NCBI RefSeq assembly: GCF_022045235.1
Contig: NW_027266343.1
Coordinates: 51,274,001 to 51,338,000 of the forward strand
Length of the DNA: 64,000 nucleotides
Reading direction: 5' to 3'
From: Haliotis cracherodii
Taxonomy: Eukaryota
The notes beneath the pieces were generated by a model. It ran no database searches. It had not been told where the DNA came from and saw nothing but the letters and a program-made list of their open reading frames with translations. Every line of letters starts with the position of its first letter. The first letter of the stretch is position 1. This document shows positions 61,705 through 64,000 of the stretch, in pieces. Made by a program: the position numbers and the translations under genes.

Positions 61705-64000
61705 TTTTTTATCACCTGCAGTGTGATGTTGGCTATCTATGTATATTCGCAAACCAATGGAATTGGTTCAATAAAATCTTGTCATATTTATTTACGCCTT
61801 GAAATTTGTTTGAGAACCTGAAAACTGAATTGAATGTTCACAATGGAAGAGGGATCTATGTTTCTCCATATTGTAAACTCTGGACATAGTACGTGTTGTA
61901 GACCAATATCCAAGCACTTAAATGATATTGCGTTTTACTTCAAGCTAAGATATCAACTACTGAAATGTGTATTAAGTTCCTGAGGAAACCGCACATGATG
62001 ATAAGAGGAGGGATTTTATGCTTGATATATCTCCCACAAAATGTCACTTACCCGAGTTCATGTTTCAGGGGAATGTATCATTTGGGCTGCCACGAAAGGG
62101 TTTGATGGCCATTTGAAGTACCATAATATCTGGAATTGGCTGTCTGTATTTCAATTTGCATTTTAAAAACAAGCAGCGAAGCAAATAAGCAGGAGTATCA
62201 ATTTTGGTCAAAGCGTTCATTAACGGGATCAAGGGGTAGACAGTGTGCACTGTATTGAAATTCAAATGTGTGTGCTGTCCTTGAAAATGAGCGAAAGTTG
62301 TATTCAGAATACAATCTACATGTTGTTATGGTGCCCTGTATAAATAATATCTGAGCTGCTGCAATGAAACAGCGAAAGCCATGGTGATGTAGAGCATCAA
62401 AACAAATGTTGCAAGATTCTTACTGCTTTGGTTAGAAGGGAATGCATACAGTTGGAATTTCCATGACAGTAACATATCTTTACAGTTTATTAATAACACA
62501 AACAAAACGATTGAATTCAAAAGTAACTATTAAATACGCTTGTCCGGGTGTAGCTTATCAAACTACAAATTATTTGTAATTTCCATCAAACATGTACTTC
62601 TTGAATTGATGATGCAATTTAACATTTTGCATACTGTTTATGTAATTAATAGGAGAAGTATCTATATAGATATTTAGTTGTGTGTTTACTAACGACCTTC
62701 CCTGTAGGCGCTATTTGTAGAATACATATTGATTAAATCAGACCGCGAAGTTTAAGATTCCGAACTGGATTGGTAGGATTGAAGATTACAATAAACAAAC
62801 AAATAGCTAATATATCCCTTTTGTTGGATTACAACGCAAAAGTGACAATCATTTATCAATACAAAGGAGATTGCATTTGGTAACTGTAGAGAGTTATGTT
62901 TAGCTGAATAAATGGTCCAACTTTAAAGCTTGTCATAAGTCTTTATAACAACAACCAGACTGTAAAAACAAGTCGTTTGATCATGTCTATCTTTGAAAAC
63001 ACCTTTGTGTTATACTTTAAGAGCATTTTCTTCTGAAAACACACGTCTTTACTTTTAGATGTACGGTTTTTCTGGGAAACCCTTATACACTTACACATTG
63101 TCAAACTGATTTGCGCGTGTTTTATTCTTGGTATGAGTTTTGGTTTAAACACGCCTTAAAAGAACACAGTCATCACTGTCACTACTGCTTCATCATGTCA
63201 AGGGTATACTTAAAGGGTAGAGGCGATTTATATACTTTCTTCTTTCTTCTAATGTTTAGAACCAAAGACTCACCCGAAGATTAAAACATGTTAAAGTGAG
63301 TTATTTGCAACAGTGATGAAGTATATATGCAAATGTATGAATGGCTGAGACATTGTCAAAAGACAACATTCTCCCAATATGGCACACGATGGAACTGACG
63401 GAGGAGCTCATGAAACACCCAACAAATATATACAAATATAAACTATTCATTAACACCTGGTGACATCAATCTTGTACAATCTTGCCTTTTACAACCAATG
63501 AAATCTGTTTCAGCAGATAATGGAGCCTGATTATTCTCTGGCGTTGACGATTTATGTAGTTCAAGGGTCATCATTGAATGATTATTATATCAATATTCAG
63601 GCGTTATCTATAGAAATTGAGATAACAAATTGAGTGATGCTCGTATTATTACAAATGCCTTGATAATGAAGTGTACAATTATCAAGATGATATGTTGAAA
63701 ATAAGAGAATTCTCTCAAGAAACGCAGTTGCAAATAAAAGCTACATAACCCTTTTCAGAATCATTCGAAACCTCTGCTCGAAGGAAAGACCATTGTACGA
63801 TTTGGACTTTAATGATCACACGCATCTGCGTATGAAAGACTAGCAGATAGTGATGATACCTGGCGGTTGCCAAAAAGTAAGCGTATCCTGCCCCAACGGT
63901 TCCTCCGTCACAAACACATACAAAGACAAGTCAACAAAGACGAGAAAACAAGCTGTTGTTCATATGTCAATCATGTTTTCAGAAGACATTGGTGTACTTT

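Larger units (their letters stand above)
1..64000 (+). repeat. Tandem array of ~4.0-4.1 kb gene-containing units (13 gene copies plus partial units at both ends), interrupted by one LTR retrotransposon and one SINE
   Basis: The same spacer ORF recurs at 149, 4111, 8100, 12089, 16162, 20264, 24260, 28283, 41864, 46257, 50280, 54303, 58319 and 62326. Periods are 3962-4102 bp after subtracting the TE insertions, and units are near-identical by eye. Confidence 0.99.

Overview
Eukaryotic (animal, probably molluscan, judging from the SINE type) genomic DNA. Almost the whole window is a head-to-tail tandem array of ~4.0-4.1 kb near-identical units. Each unit carries one 3-exon, + strand gene for a small secreted Gly/Tyr/Leu-rich protein built from GGLYGGX heptads (114-149 aa). 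The ORF track misreads the C-terminus: splicing to a 17-nt last coding exon gives ...GMGLGKGIGYY*. There are 13 gene copies plus the upstream spacer of a 14th unit. Copies 4 and 5 have an expanded, Cys-containing repeat, copy 9 is disrupted by a tRNA-derived V-type SINE with a 15-16 bp TSD, and copy 10 has lost its AATAAA and first ATG. A complete and apparently very young 9,554-bp Ty3/Gypsy LTR retrotransposon sits in the spacer between copies 7 and 8. It has two 1,348-bp LTRs, an ATAA TSD, PBS, PPT, a PNMA-like gag, a -1 frameshift signal and an intact pol. The other short ORFs are frame shadows or spacer noise. The function of the Gly/Tyr protein is inferred from composition only; no database search was possible.
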